Shown: piece by piece, positions 23,790 through 34,273 of the stretch
How the letters are laid out: each line of letters begins with the position of its first letter
Position numbering within the stretch: position 1 is the first letter of the stretch
Source: a virus
Reading direction: 5' to 3' (one strand)
IMG/VR virus record: IMGVR_UViG_3300045988_128558
Coordinates: 1 to 53,737 of that record
Length of the DNA: 53,737 nt
Program-made: the position numbers and the translations under genes
The notes under the pieces: generated by a model
What the model was told of the DNA's origin: nothing
What the model saw: only the letters and a program-made list of their open reading frames with translations
The model's database searches: none

Positions 23790-26700
23790 ATGGCTCTCGG
23801 AAGTTTTGAGGCCGGTAAGGTACACATCCGTGTCCTGCCCGATGCCTCGGGATTCAACCGCAAGCTCCGGCCCGAGCTAATGAAGGCCAAGCGCGATGCT
23901 GAGAAGCTGATGCGCATCGAGGTAACCCCGGTGCTGAACAAGCAGGCGCTACAGCGCATCAAGGCTCAGCTGTCCGGGCTGGGCGGTACCGCAAAGATTC
24001 AGGTGGATGCCGATACGTCGGAGGCCAAGCGCAAGCTGGACGAGGCGGCAGAGGACCGCACCTCGACTGTCCACGTGAAGGCAGACCCCGCCGACCTGCA
24101 GAAGAGCCTGGACGAAGGCACCCGCGACCGAGGCGTGCGTGTTCACATGGAGGGCGACTCTGATGACCTGGAGCGCAGTCTGCGCCGAAGCACCCGCGAC
24201 CGCGGCGTGAAGGTCAAGACCGAGGCGGACTCCCGCGACCTAGAGAAGAGCCTGAACGAAAGCACCCGCAACCGTTCAATCAAGCTGCCCTTGGAAGCTG
24301 ACTTCGACCACCTGGAGAAGCGCCTCAAGAAGGCGACCAAGGAGCGCAAGCCCCTGCGTATCCGTATCCAGGAGACGGTGGAGAAGTACGACAAGCTGGT
24401 GGACGCCGGTAAGGACGACCACCGCCCGTGGAGCCAGCGCTTCGGGGATGAGTTCGAGCGACTGCGCCAGAAGTTCAAGGAGTCTGAGCGCATCCCCCGG
24501 TCGTGGAGTGAGGCCTGGCAGAAGTCGCTGACCTTCCTGCGCAAGGATAAGGATATTGACGAGTTCCTGCGCAAGATCTCGTATGCCCGCACCGAGACGA
24601 AGAAGCTGCGCGAGTTCTTCCGTGAGCGCCACGAGCGCCGTTCGGGGATTAGCTCGTCGGACGGGGAGGATTCCTCTAGCCATTCCGTAGACACCGGCAA
24701 GGTTCGCACCGGGGGACTGCGCGACACCATCACCCGCTCGGTGACCTCTATCCGTTCCTTCATTGACCAGGTTCGCTCTGCAGAGGGGCCGCTGTCTTCC
24801 CTGCGTAACGCCCTGAGCAAGGGTGCGCAGTCGTTCAGCGATTTCTACTCGCGCGTCTCCGAACGCGCCCGCGAGGCGTTCGAGCGTATGAAGAACTGGA
24901 TTACTCGCTCGAACGTGGACGACGAGTCCTTCGAGCGCTCCGGCAAGGTTCTTGATGCCTTCAACAAGAAGGCAAAGGATAGCGCGGACAAGTCGCTGTC
25001 CCTGTCCGAGCGTATCTCCCAGCGTATGCGCCGTATTGCCGATGCGACGGTGGAAAAGATTCACTGGATCACCTCGGGACAGTTCGATGACGATGACGCG
25101 GAGGACGTTACCAACCGCTTCTTCGACGCCTTCGAGAAGGGTATCTCCAACCACGATAAGCCGGACTTCAAGCTGTCCGACCTCGTGGATTTCAGCGACG
25201 ACGACCTGTTCCGACGCGCTGATGAGCGCCTGCAGGATTATCGAAAGCGCCTGCAGGACTTCGAGAAGCAGAACCGTACCCTGATTCGCAAGATCGCGAA
25301 CTCTGCCTCCTTCGACGCGGCACGCGGCACGGAAGCCTTCGACCAGATGAACGCGCGCTTGCAGGAGCTCGCGCGACAGGCGAACCTGGCTCGTAAGAAT
25401 CTGCAGGCGATGGACAAGGCGATGCGTGATGCTCGTCGTAACGGCATCTCCAAGAAGGACCCGGCGGTGGAGGACGGCTCCTCGCCGCTGATGGGTGTGC
25501 GCTCCCTGCAGCAGAACAACGCTCTGCTCGATGAGGCACGCCGCCGCTTCGCAGACCTGGCTGACCAGGCGGAGCGACTGGGCAACATCGACATGGCGCG
25601 TGGTCTGCGCGAGTCGATGGAGGCCGTGGGCCGCCAGATTGAGCAGAACCTCAAGAATCAGAAGCTCTTCGGGCAGGCTCTCTCCGAGACGGATCGCGAG
25701 CGCAACCGTAAGGTCGCGCCTAGCGAGCGCCCGTCCTCTCCTCTCGATGCGTTCCCGCAGACTCAGGTAGACTTCGGAGACTTCTCCGAGTCCTTGGCGA
25801 AGCTGACTTCGCACATCAAGGAACTCAAGGAGGAGCGCGCGAAGATCTCGTCGGAGCTCAACAAGGCGGTACAGTCTGGCGATGTTGAGGGCGTAGACCG
25901 CCTGGAGGGTGCCTTCGCCAACTTGCGTGACCGCCTCCGCGAGGCGCGAGAGCAGATGGACTCCCTCAATTCCGCGCAGAAGGTCTTGAACTCGCCGGTG
26001 AACATCGGCAAGGGTCTACTCGACCGACTGCGCGGGGACAACAGGGGTGAGCCTATCGAGATTCCGGCTGAGGTAGACCTTGACGACACGGCGGCTAAGG
26101 AGCAGCTGAGCCACCTGACGGAAGATAGGGAAGTCACGGTTAATGCGGACGCGGATACGGGCCGCGCCCGTATGAAGATGGCATCTCTGACCCGCCCCCG
26201 GCACGTGCTCATTTCGCCCGAGTTGAACAAGGCCGCCTTCGTTAAGGTGGCAACGGCGCTCGCGTCGCTGTCCGGTGCGCGTGCCGCGTTCGACTTCACG
26301 AAGAAGTTTACGGACTTCATCAAGGACATGGATAAGAACCTCGGTGAGCTGGTCAAGCTGGCTTCGGTTATCTCTACGCTGACGGCGGGCTTCACGTCCT
26401 TGACCTCGCACGTCTTCGCGCTGGGTCGCTCCCTCGTCACCATGATTCCTGCGCTCTACGCTGTCCCCGGTCTGGTGGCCTCGTTCGGCGTGGCTACTTG
26501 GGCTACGGTGAACGCGCTCAAGAAGTGGGACGAGAGGATGAAGGACGTCAATGACCGCTTCAAGGACCTGAACGCTCGCGCGGCCAATAAGTTCTGGGAC
26601 GCCTTTGAAACCCCGATGCGTCGCCTCATCAACAACCTGTTCCCGGCGTGGGAGCGTGGCTTCCTCAACATGTCCGAGGCGATGGGTAATTTCTTCGTCA

Positions 26701-28964
26701 AGGCGATTGAGGGTGCGGAGCGCTACGCCTCGCAGGGCGGCATGGACCGCATTTTCGACTCCATGACTAAGGGCGTGGAGTCGATGTCTCGTGCCATGGC
26801 ACCTTTGACCGAGGGTCTGCTGCGCTTCGTGGAGATTGGCGTATCCTACTTCCCGCGCTTCGGTGACTGGTTCACCGACATGGCGAATAAGTTCAACGAC
26901 TGGACCAAGACAGCGGATATCACCTCCGCGATCGACAAGGGTGTCCAGGCGATGAAGGACTTGTGGCGTGTCGCCGTCGAGACGTGGAATATCTTGGATG
27001 CTATCTCCAAGGCGGCGACGGCAGCTGGCGGCGCTACGCTGGGCGACTTCGCAGATGCGCTGGGTCGTCTCCATGAGCGCTTGGAAACCGTGCAGTCCCA
27101 GTGGATCCTGACCACCCTGTTCAAGGGCGCTAACGATGCAATGTTCGAGCTCGGCAAGAGCTTCGAGATTATTTGGGATGCTCTCAGCCGCACCGCTGAT
27201 AAGGTGGCTACGGTTATGAGGAGTATTTCGGGCATCGTCAATGCCTTCGTGGATTTTATAACCCGGGCCTTCTCCGATACCCGCTTCTCGGATGAGTTTG
27301 TTCAGGCGGTCGAGGACGTGAAGACGGGCATGGAACAACTGGCTCCGCACGGCTCCGCCCTCGGTTCGGTGCTCGGTTCCATCTCATCGGTGGTTGGCAC
27401 TATGGCGAAGGAGTTCTTCCCTATCTTCGGCACGGTGCTTGAAGAACTGTCCCCTATCTTCCAGGATCTCAAGCGTGCTGCGGAAGCAGTCATTCCTGTG
27501 CTGGGGACCTGGCTGAAGGATGCTATCAAGGGGATTGGTGATGTGGTGGAGCCGATCGTCAAGAAGTTCTCGGATTGGGTGGAGAAGAACCCGGAGTTGG
27601 CGGCAACGCTGGGCATCGTTGCGGTGGCTCTTGGCGGCATCCTAGCGGTCATCGGACCCGCTATCGGTGGCATCGCGGGCGCGATTGGGACCATCACGGG
27701 CCTGTTCAGCGGCGTCGGCACGGTGATCGGCGCGTTCTCCGCCGGTGGCGCGCTGGAAGCTGTGGGTGCGGCGGTGGCCTCCGCAGCGGCACCCATCGCT
27801 ATCGCGGTGGCGGCAGTGTTAGCTTTGGCATTCGCGTTCAAGTACACCTGGGACCGCTCAGAAGAGTTCCGTAAGAACATCGAGTCCATCGGCGGGCACC
27901 TCGAAGAGGCCGCCGCGCCCTTCATCAAGTTCTTCAACGATCACTTGAAGCCCGCTATCGAGGAGGCGTGGGGACACATTCAGAACGCCTTTAAGAAGGT
28001 GGGTGACGGTATCCAGACCTTCATGGAGGGCATCTCGGACTTGGCTGACGCGATAGCCCCCATTCTGGCCCCGGTCGCAAACGTCATCGTAGCGGTGTTC
28101 GGCCCCATTCTGGAGGCTATTATCGACAACGCTTCGCGACTCTTCGAGCACATCTTCCAGGTCGTCGGCAGTGTCTTCGGCGCTATCGGTGAGATCTTCA
28201 AGGCTATCGCTGCCCTACTGCGGGGGGACTTCACCGGAGCTCTGGAGCACTTGAAGAACGCCTTCTTCGACGTGTTCGACGCAATCTTCAACTTTGTCGG
28301 CGGAATCATTCGCGCGATCCTGCTCTGGCTCAGCACTACGGCGGGCCGTATCCTGGGGTTTGCGCGTAAGGTCCCCGGCATGGTGTGGGACTTTATCAAG
28401 GGAATCCCCGGGCAACTGGCCAAGGTGCCGGGAATGATTATGGACGTCTTCAAGCGCCTGAACCTGTTTAATTCAGGGCATAACCTCATCACCAGCTTCG
28501 GCAAGGGCATTGTGGACGCCTTTAAGAATGTTAAGCAGTGGACTCTTGACTCGCTCAAGTGGCTGCGTAGCCTGTTCCCGTTCTCCCCGGCTAAGCGTGG
28601 TCCGTTCTCGCGAAGCGCCCCCGGTGGATACCTCGACACCTCGGGTAGTAAGATGATGCACGACTGGGGTAAGGGCATCTTGTCTCAGCAGGACTTCCTG
28701 TCGGACAGCATCAGTACCATGATGGAGGAGATCAAGAGCGACATCGACTTCGACATCGCCCCTGCGATCAGCACGCAGAACATGGACCTGGGCTTCGATG
28801 CGCGCGGCGACGTGCGCCTGTCGGGTAGCTTGACCGGCAGCCTGGAGACTGCGCTGATTAGCGCCCTGTCCAGCGGTGTAGAATTGAGGATGGCAAAGGA
28901 TACCGGACGCGCGGTGCTCGGCTACAGCGAGTCCGCGATGCGAGCCAGCCGCTCTAGCTGGTAA
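23790..28964 (+). CDS. tape measure protein (1724 aa)
   Basis: It is the largest gene and follows the G/GT pair. It has a coiled-coil N-half, a Gly/Ala-rich hydrophobic segment (about aa 1270-1340) and five 24-aa tandem repeats near the N-terminus. Confidence 0.9.
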   Translation: MALGSFEAGKVHIRVLPDASGFNRKLRPELMKAKRDAEKLMRIEVTPVLNKQALQRIKAQLSGLGGTAKIQVDADTSEAKRKLDEAAEDRTSTVHVKADPADLQKSLDEGTRDRGVRVHMEGDSDDLERSLRRSTRDRGVKVKTEADSRDLEKSLNESTRNRSIKLPLEADFDHLEKRLKKATKERKPLRIRIQETVEKYDKLVDAGKDDHRPWSQRFGDEFERLRQKFKESERIPRSWSEAWQKSLTFLRKDKDIDEFLRKISYARTETKKLREFFRERHERRSGISSSDGEDSSSHSVDTGKVRTGGLRDTITRSVTSIRSFIDQVRSAEGPLSSLRNALSKGAQSFSDFYSRVSERAREAFERMKNWITRSNVDDESFERSGKVLDAFNKKAKDSADKSLSLSERISQRMRRIADATVEKIHWITSGQFDDDDAEDVTNRFFDAFEKGISNHDKPDFKLSDLVDFSDDDLFRRADERLQDYRKRLQDFEKQNRTLIRKIANSASFDAARGTEAFDQMNARLQELARQANLARKNLQAMDKAMRDARRNGISKKDPAVEDGSSPLMGVRSLQQNNALLDEARRRFADLADQAERLGNIDMARGLRESMEAVGRQIEQNLKNQKLFGQALSETDRERNRKVAPSERPSSPLDAFPQTQVDFGDFSESLAKLTSHIKELKEERAKISSELNKAVQSGDVEGVDRLEGAFANLRDRLREAREQMDSLNSAQKVLNSPVNIGKGLLDRLRGDNRGEPIEIPAEVDLDDTAAKEQLSHLTEDREVTVNADADTGRARMKMASLTRPRHVLISPELNKAAFVKVATALASLSGARAAFDFTKKFTDFIKDMDKNLGELVKLASVISTLTAGFTSLTSHVFALGRSLVTMIPALYAVPGLVASFGVATWATVNALKKWDERMKDVNDRFKDLNARAANKFWDAFETPMRRLINNLFPAWERGFLNMSEAMGNFFVKAIEGAERYASQGGMDRIFDSMTKGVESMSRAMAPLTEGLLRFVEIGVSYFPRFGDWFTDMANKFNDWTKTADITSAIDKGVQAMKDLWRVAVETWNILDAISKAATAAGGATLGDFADALGRLHERLETVQSQWILTTLFKGANDAMFELGKSFEIIWDALSRTADKVATVMRSISGIVNAFVDFITRAFSDTRFSDEFVQAVEDVKTGMEQLAPHGSALGSVLGSISSVVGTMAKEFFPIFGTVLEELSPIFQDLKRAAEAVIPVLGTWLKDAIKGIGDVVEPIVKKFSDWVEKNPELAATLGIVAVALGGILAVIGPAIGGIAGAIGTITGLFSGVGTVIGAFSAGGALEAVGAAVASAAAPIAIAVAAVLALAFAFKYTWDRSEEFRKNIESIGGHLEEAAAPFIKFFNDHLKPAIEEAWGHIQNAFKKVGDGIQTFMEGISDLADAIAPILAPVANVIVAVFGPILEAIIDNASRLFEHIFQVVGSVFGAIGEIFKAIAALLRGDFTGALEHLKNAFFDVFDAIFNFVGGIIRAILLWLSTTAGRILGFARKVPGMVWDFIKGIPGQLAKVPGMIMDVFKRLNLFNSGHNLITSFGKGIVDAFKNVKQWTLDSLKWLRSLFPFSPAKRGPFSRSAPGGYLDTSGSKMMHDWGKGILSQQDFLSDSISTMMEEIKSDIDFDIAPAISTQNMDLGFDARGDVRLSGSLTGSLETALISALSSGVELRMAKDTGRAVLGYSESAMRASRSSW

Positions 28965-28982
28965 GGACGAAAGGAGATAGGG

Positions 28983-29882
28983 GTGGCCTTCACGATGGAC
29001 ACCAATATTCCGCTTCTTAGCGGGCTGGATGGTTTGTTGTACGACGCCACGGTAGCGGTGTTGAATGGTAGGGTCCTCCCTATCGCCTTCGGCGAGACGA
29101 TCACGCACTCCTACGAGGGCGCGCGGTTTAACACGTTCACCTCAGCCCGAGGAGTGCGCAGTATCTCGTACCGCGGGGACGCACCCCGCAACTTGTCGGT
29201 ATCCCTTCGTATGCCCTGGAAGTATGTTGCCACGGTGCTGGGACTGGAGAGTGTACAGCGTGACCCGATATATGTCATCTCCCCCCTGGCGCGCCGCACC
29301 AACGTTCTTCCCCCGTGGTTCGACTGGAGCGATGTCCGGACAGGTAACCACCACCTGCTGGTACACCACGAGTCGAATCTGAGTGGCTTCGCCCGCTCAC
29401 TGAGCGATATCGCCTATACCGGCACCGCTACCTACGGCCCCTTCGTCATGGATTCCATCAGAACCAAGAGCGCGAATATATACGGGCGCGAGGCGTCAGT
29501 CCCGACCGGGGCCACGTACAGGTTCCGAGCGGGAACCCGATCGTCGGGAGGCAGTATTCTGAGGGCGGTAGGGCTAATCGGGTTTGATAGCTCCGGCAAT
29601 AAGGTGTGGACCTCCCCCTTCATTGAGGCCAGCGGAACCTGGGGGGTGAGGACCTCGGCGGAGTTTACCATCCCGGATACCGTCGCCGTAGTGCGTGACT
29701 TCTATGATGCATCGCTAGTGTCCTTCTCCCCGATGCAGCTGTGGATCGGCACCCACGAGCCCCCGCCCTCGCCGCGCATGGGCGGAACGTTCCAAATTTC
29801 TGATCTCAGTTTCACCGAGGCGCCCAGCACCAAGGCGAAGCTATATGATGTCTCCTATACATTGAAGGAGGTGGCTCCGTGA
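28983..29882 (+). CDS. distal tail protein (Dit-like) / minor tail protein (299 aa)
   Basis: GTG start after AGGAG. It is the first gene after the tape measure gene. Confidence 0.6.
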   Translation: MAFTMDTNIPLLSGLDGLLYDATVAVLNGRVLPIAFGETITHSYEGARFNTFTSARGVRSISYRGDAPRNLSVSLRMPWKYVATVLGLESVQRDPIYVISPLARRTNVLPPWFDWSDVRTGNHHLLVHHESNLSGFARSLSDIAYTGTATYGPFVMDSIRTKSANIYGREASVPTGATYRFRAGTRSSGGSILRAVGLIGFDSSGNKVWTSPFIEASGTWGVRTSAEFTIPDTVAVVRDFYDASLVSFSPMQLWIGTHEPPPSPRMGGTFQISDLSFTEAPSTKAKLYDVSYTLKEVAP

Positions 29883-32404
29883 GCCAAATCTCTCATACGA
29901 TTACGTCTGAGGCTCTTGAGTGGAAGGGCATTTTCCTCCCGGTTTCGGATGTTGTGGTGACGCATGAGTTCTCGCCGCTGCCCCCGGAGGTCTCCCCCGG
30001 TAGGCGAACCCCCCTCACCGTGACGTGCACAGCCCGCAAGAAGGCCTCCCCTACCTACGTGATGCAGACGCCTTTTGAGGGGGGCGCCCCCGAACAGGGG
30101 GATGCGGTGACTCTGACTCTGTTTAAGCGCTACGGCGATGAGGGGGGTACCAGGTCGCATCCACTGAATCTGGTGGTTGATGAGGTTGAATACGACGGCG
30201 ATAATCTGTCACTGCGTCTCATCCAGCGTGTCGATGCCTTCACCATACCGATCTCCATGTCCCCGTGCCCGCCGCACCACACCCGGTATTGGGCTGCCCG
30301 CAGTGATAGGTTCACCAAGGAGCAAATCGGGGACGCAGGGGAGACACGAAGTGTAAACCCGTCTCTTCGGTGGCCCCTCTACTACGCGCTCCGTGCGGGC
30401 GGGTACTCGGTGACACCTCCCCCGCTCCCGACGATTCAGCTTGATCTGCCCCTGCAGGGCGCGTACACCACGAACACGTGGGATAACCCGTATTACTCGC
30501 AGAACGCAGATCGGGATGCGGCGATTCTGTCGAGCGCCAAGGCGATCGACTTTTTCCTGGATCCTCATAGGTTTGGGGCGGCCAGCGAGGAATCGGAGGG
30601 GGTTAATGGCATCGGATTCTCCGGCGAGTTGGCGAGGTCCCGTGCGGGCAAGGATGGGGCCAGCTCTCCGTCTGCTGCGACGTACAACGGGGTTTGGTTT
30701 ATGACCGAGGGTATTGCACAGGTAACCCAGGGTAAGGAGCGCGTGGATATTAGCGCCCGCCCCTATCATCGGGGGCACACTTTCACTTCCTTTATGATTG
30801 TCCGATCCGAGGACGCAGTGAAGAACCCCGAGAACCTGTACCAGGTGAAGTTTTGCACAGACACCCGGCGCGGCCTGGCTCTACGGTGGAACCAAGCAGG
30901 GCATTTTTGGGTGTACAGCTCCTCATATGCGCAGGAGTGGGTGGGCTTCTCCCCAGCTTCTGAGTCGGTCGTTATGGAGTTTGACCTGGACAGCTGGAAG
31001 GGGCAGCGCGAAATCACGGTGACCATTGAACAGATTGCCGACCAGGTAACTATCCGCATCGGTACCGTCCATGAGGTAAAGTTCAATACCCCCTCGATCT
31101 CAGGACCCTACGGGGCTACCCCCACCTGGGTAGAAGTGTGGATTCACAACCCATCAGGGTCTGCTGCAATGGGAGTCACGGGCGTTCAGGTCGCCGGTAT
31201 CCCCATGAATGAACCCTACAGGAGTCGGTTTATGGAGGTGGTAAAAGACTACCACCGCTTCACTCCGAAGGCTCGCGTCTTTGCTAACCCCATCCTCCAC
31301 ACCCAGGGAGTGCTCCCATCAGTCCGAGCGAAGCCCGCAGGCGAAGTGCTGGACGACATCTGCAGCTCCGCCGGTCTTACCTGGTGGATTCGACCCGATG
31401 GGGTAGCGGTTGTTGTGCCTCTGGAGGACCTAGAGCGATCCAGCTACGGGCGCACCTACGCGATTAACGTGTCGTCTGATGTGAAGGACCTCAGCATATC
31501 CAAATCCTCCGTGGACGCGAAGTCATCCCTCGAAGTTGAATACGCAGCTGTGGCGATGTGCTCCTTTGAGGAGGCTCGGTGGGTGCTTTATGAAGGCGGC
31601 GGGTTTGCGGACATTGGTAAACCCGTCGAAGTCATGCTCACTGCGGATGAGGCGATTGACTGGCTTGAGCCCGACTTTACCGTGGAGGAAATGTCTACCC
31701 AGGGGTACCTCTGGCTCAAGAGCGGCGTAGGTTCCTTTTATGGGGGTGGCACCGAGTACCAGATGCATTGGTATGACCAGAAGGGGGCCCTGCAGAATGG
31801 GCCGAAATCCTCATCAGCTATGGATACCGACTTCACGCTAACCAAGATCAACCCGTGGAGCGTCCGACTTACGTCTACCTACACCCGGAGCTACCCGCCG
31901 CCGGACCCCGGAGGAGGCCGGTTCTGGCAGAAGGTGAATGAAGGGGCGCTACAGGCTGTGCCTAACCGGGAGAGGCGAATGAGCGCGCTGAACCAGGGGG
32001 CCCCCAGTCAGATTGATGCGGACATCCACGGGCTCCCCATCATCCGTGCTCGCGGACAGCTCAAGCGCGCGAAGAAAACCGGCACAATTGCGGGTAGTGT
32101 TCAGAACAGCGGTACGCTGCAGGTGGGTAGCTGGGACTGGTTGATGGGGTCCAGCTTCGCGCGGTATGCGGGTAACGCTATCGGCCCTTGGGTGCTCCGA
32201 CCCCGACTCCAGATTAAATCCCTCGTCATCCGCTACCGACCCGAGGTGTCCATCGGAGACACGGTGAACATTTACGGAACTTACGGCTCGGAGATGGGCC
32301 GCGCGTTCGACGGGACTCTGACCGGAATCGTGTACTCGGTGACCCATTCACCGAGTGTTGGCGAGACATCTCTCGGTGTGATGGTCAAGCCGCCGAAGCC
32401 CTAA
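29879..32404 (+). CDS. tail-associated (Tal-like) minor tail protein (841 aa)
   Basis: GTGA overlap with the Dit-like gene. It is the second gene after the tape measure gene and is large. Confidence 0.6.
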   Translation: MSQISHTITSEALEWKGIFLPVSDVVVTHEFSPLPPEVSPGRRTPLTVTCTARKKASPTYVMQTPFEGGAPEQGDAVTLTLFKRYGDEGGTRSHPLNLVVDEVEYDGDNLSLRLIQRVDAFTIPISMSPCPPHHTRYWAARSDRFTKEQIGDAGETRSVNPSLRWPLYYALRAGGYSVTPPPLPTIQLDLPLQGAYTTNTWDNPYYSQNADRDAAILSSAKAIDFFLDPHRFGAASEESEGVNGIGFSGELARSRAGKDGASSPSAATYNGVWFMTEGIAQVTQGKERVDISARPYHRGHTFTSFMIVRSEDAVKNPENLYQVKFCTDTRRGLALRWNQAGHFWVYSSSYAQEWVGFSPASESVVMEFDLDSWKGQREITVTIEQIADQVTIRIGTVHEVKFNTPSISGPYGATPTWVEVWIHNPSGSAAMGVTGVQVAGIPMNEPYRSRFMEVVKDYHRFTPKARVFANPILHTQGVLPSVRAKPAGEVLDDICSSAGLTWWIRPDGVAVVVPLEDLERSSYGRTYAINVSSDVKDLSISKSSVDAKSSLEVEYAAVAMCSFEEARWVLYEGGGFADIGKPVEVMLTADEAIDWLEPDFTVEEMSTQGYLWLKSGVGSFYGGGTEYQMHWYDQKGALQNGPKSSSAMDTDFTLTKINPWSVRLTSTYTRSYPPPDPGGGRFWQKVNEGALQAVPNRERRMSALNQGAPSQIDADIHGLPIIRARGQLKRAKKTGTIAGSVQNSGTLQVGSWDWLMGSSFARYAGNAIGPWVLRPRLQIKSLVIRYRPEVSIGDTVNIYGTYGSEMGRAFDGTLTGIVYSVTHSPSVGETSLGVMVKPPKP

Positions 32405-32421
32405 GATGGTACAATATGAGT

Positions 32422-32467
32422 AAGCCCTGCCCCGGCCTCCTAGATTTCGGGGTAGGGCTTATTGTGT
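32422..32467 (+). terminator. hairpin / probable terminator after the Tal-like gene
   Basis: aagccctgccccg-13 nt-cggggtagggctt (13-bp stem with one G.U) followed by attgtgt. Confidence 0.55.
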
Positions 32468-32492
32468 ACACGTAAGACTCCAAGGAGACCCC

Positions 32493-33254
32493 ATGAGCAA
32501 CTTCGCACAGAAGCTCGGCTGGCCCGACTCTGCTACTTTCGTCCCGGCGCTCTCTTCGGTGGCCGACACCACCGAAGACATCATCAAGCGCGTCGTCAGC
32601 AAGGAACTAGCCAACCTCGGTGGTGAGGGTGGCTCAGGCTCCATTGAGGAAGCCCGAGTACGTGCTATCGCAAACGAGGTAGTCACCGCGAAGCTCGCGG
32701 AGGCAGGCCCCGGCATCACCGAGGCAGACGTCACCCGACTCGCTACCGCTGCAGCGCAGGCAGCTGTCCGCGCTATCCCCGCGCAGACCCCCGGCGTGTC
32801 TGCAGAGGAAGTGGACCGACGCATCCGCGCGGCAGTCCAGGCGCTCCCCGCACCCACCCCCGGCGTAACCGAGGCTAAGGTCAATGAGCTGGTGTCTGCT
32901 GCTATCCGCGCTATCCCCGCCCCAGCACCCGGCCTGGACAACGCAGCCGTGACCACTATCGTTCGCTCCGAACTTGCTAAGGCGACTGGTACTGGTGTCA
33001 GCTCCGCTGAGGTATCCCGCCTCATCGCCGCAGAGATCGCGAAGCTGCCCGCCGTGCCCGCTGGTGTGGCAACCGAAACCAAGGTGAGCGAAGCTATCGC
33101 GTCCGCGCTGACCACCGCTAAGACCCAGTGGAAGACCGAGACTCTGGCGGAGGTGGACACTAAGATTACCTCCAAGCTGGCGGCAGCTTCCAAGGCTCCG
33201 ACCGTTCGCCAGGTAAGCCCCGGCGTCCTTGAGATTACTACCTACACCGACTAG
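32493..33254 (+). CDS. minor tail / fibre protein with Ala/Pro-rich tandem repeats (253 aa)
   Basis: About 5-6 repeats of roughly 21 aa of the form PG(V/I)(S/T)EAxV...AA(V/I)xA(I/L)PAP. Confidence 0.6.
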   Translation: MSNFAQKLGWPDSATFVPALSSVADTTEDIIKRVVSKELANLGGEGGSGSIEEARVRAIANEVVTAKLAEAGPGITEADVTRLATAAAQAAVRAIPAQTPGVSAEEVDRRIRAAVQALPAPTPGVTEAKVNELVSAAIRAIPAPAPGLDNAAVTTIVRSELAKATGTGVSSAEVSRLIAAEIAKLPAVPAGVATETKVSEAIASALTTAKTQWKTETLAEVDTKITSKLAAASKAPTVRQVSPGVLEITTYTD

Positions 33255-34273
33255 TGGCGAAGTATGAGATTCTGACCCGCGCGGGAGTTGAAGCCGAAGT
33301 CACCCGTCAGGTCAGTCGATTCGAGACACGCGAGAAGGACTTCGGCTTTAAGTCCGGCGAGCGCTATTACTCTCCCGTCACCTACACGTGGCCGGACTTT
33401 TACAACGGCGCGGCTTCCAAGTGGTCCAAGTTCCTGGAGTTCAGCAGCACCCTCGGTATCGTTCTGCTGAACCGTTCCAGCGGCGACTGGCTGAGCAAGC
33501 GCCCCGACCCAGACTTCGCAAAGCAGGGTGAGATTGCGCTGGCCGCCGGTGCCCGCCGTGTGGCGTTCTACATCAAGACGCGACATGGTGCGATGTTCCC
33601 CGGTATCCCTGAGTCGTACCGGCAGAAGGTGGCGCAGAACCTCAACGTGGGTGTGTCGGCTATCGCTCCGTACACGGAGGACTTCATCATTCGCTCCGCA
33701 AGGGCGGTGAAGGAGGACTACCCCAACATTCCGGTGAACATCTTCCTGGACGAGACCTCGCCCTGGATTGATATGTCCCTGCAGGACACCATCATCGCTG
33801 GGTACACCCGCTTGTACAAGCATCTCAAGCAGGAGCTCGGTCATGACACGCTGGTTATCATCAACCCCGGCTCGAACACCCCGGCAAGCATGATGGATGC
33901 GTGCGATGTCGTGCTCTCTTATGAGTCGAACGCGACTCGCTACCTGGACCCTGCGACGAAGTACATTCACCCGGACCACTACAAGCAGTTCCCGTCGTGG
34001 CGCTTCTGGCACATCATCCACGGCGCCACTGAACAGAACATTGATGATGTCTTCGCTAAGGCGGAGGAGCTGGGCATCGGTCACCTTTACGTGACTGACC
34101 GAACCTTCAAGGTCGGCGCTGGCTCGGAGGATGAGCCGGAGGAGAATCCCTACGACAATCCCCCGAGCGCCTGGGTGGAGAACCGTGTGCGCGCCTGGAT
34201 CAAGGGCGTGCTCCCCTACGAGCGACGCATCGCGACGCTTGAGAAGCAAGTTAAGGAGTTGATGCAGCGATGA
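33254..34273 (+). CDS. tail-associated putative glycoside hydrolase (spherulation-specific family 4 / GH135-like resemblance; 339 aa)
   Basis: The taGTG start is coupled to the fibre gene. The sequence recalls the spherulin-4 family (IFLDE..., GHLYVTD..., NPYDNPPSAW). This is from memory and unverified. Confidence 0.4.
   Translation: MAKYEILTRAGVEAEVTRQVSRFETREKDFGFKSGERYYSPVTYTWPDFYNGAASKWSKFLEFSSTLGIVLLNRSSGDWLSKRPDPDFAKQGEIALAAGARRVAFYIKTRHGAMFPGIPESYRQKVAQNLNVGVSAIAPYTEDFIIRSARAVKEDYPNIPVNIFLDETSPWIDMSLQDTIIAGYTRLYKHLKQELGHDTLVIINPGSNTPASMMDACDVVLSYESNATRYLDPATKYIHPDHYKQFPSWRFWHIIHGATEQNIDDVFAKAEELGIGHLYVTDRTFKVGAGSEDEPEENPYDNPPSAWVENRVRAWIKGVLPYERRIATLEKQVKELMQR

Noticed and set aside
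24143-27937. Long minus-strand ORFs (225, 512, 444, 226 and 211 aa) antisense to the tape measure gene
   Set aside because: They are nested in the 1724-aa tape measure ORF and have Arg/Leu/Ser-rich low-information composition. They are GC-rich antisense artefacts.
32493-33254. Repeat-rich fibre gene as a diversity-generating retroelement target
   Set aside because: No reverse transcriptase gene and no template-repeat/variable-repeat DNA pair occur anywhere in the genome.
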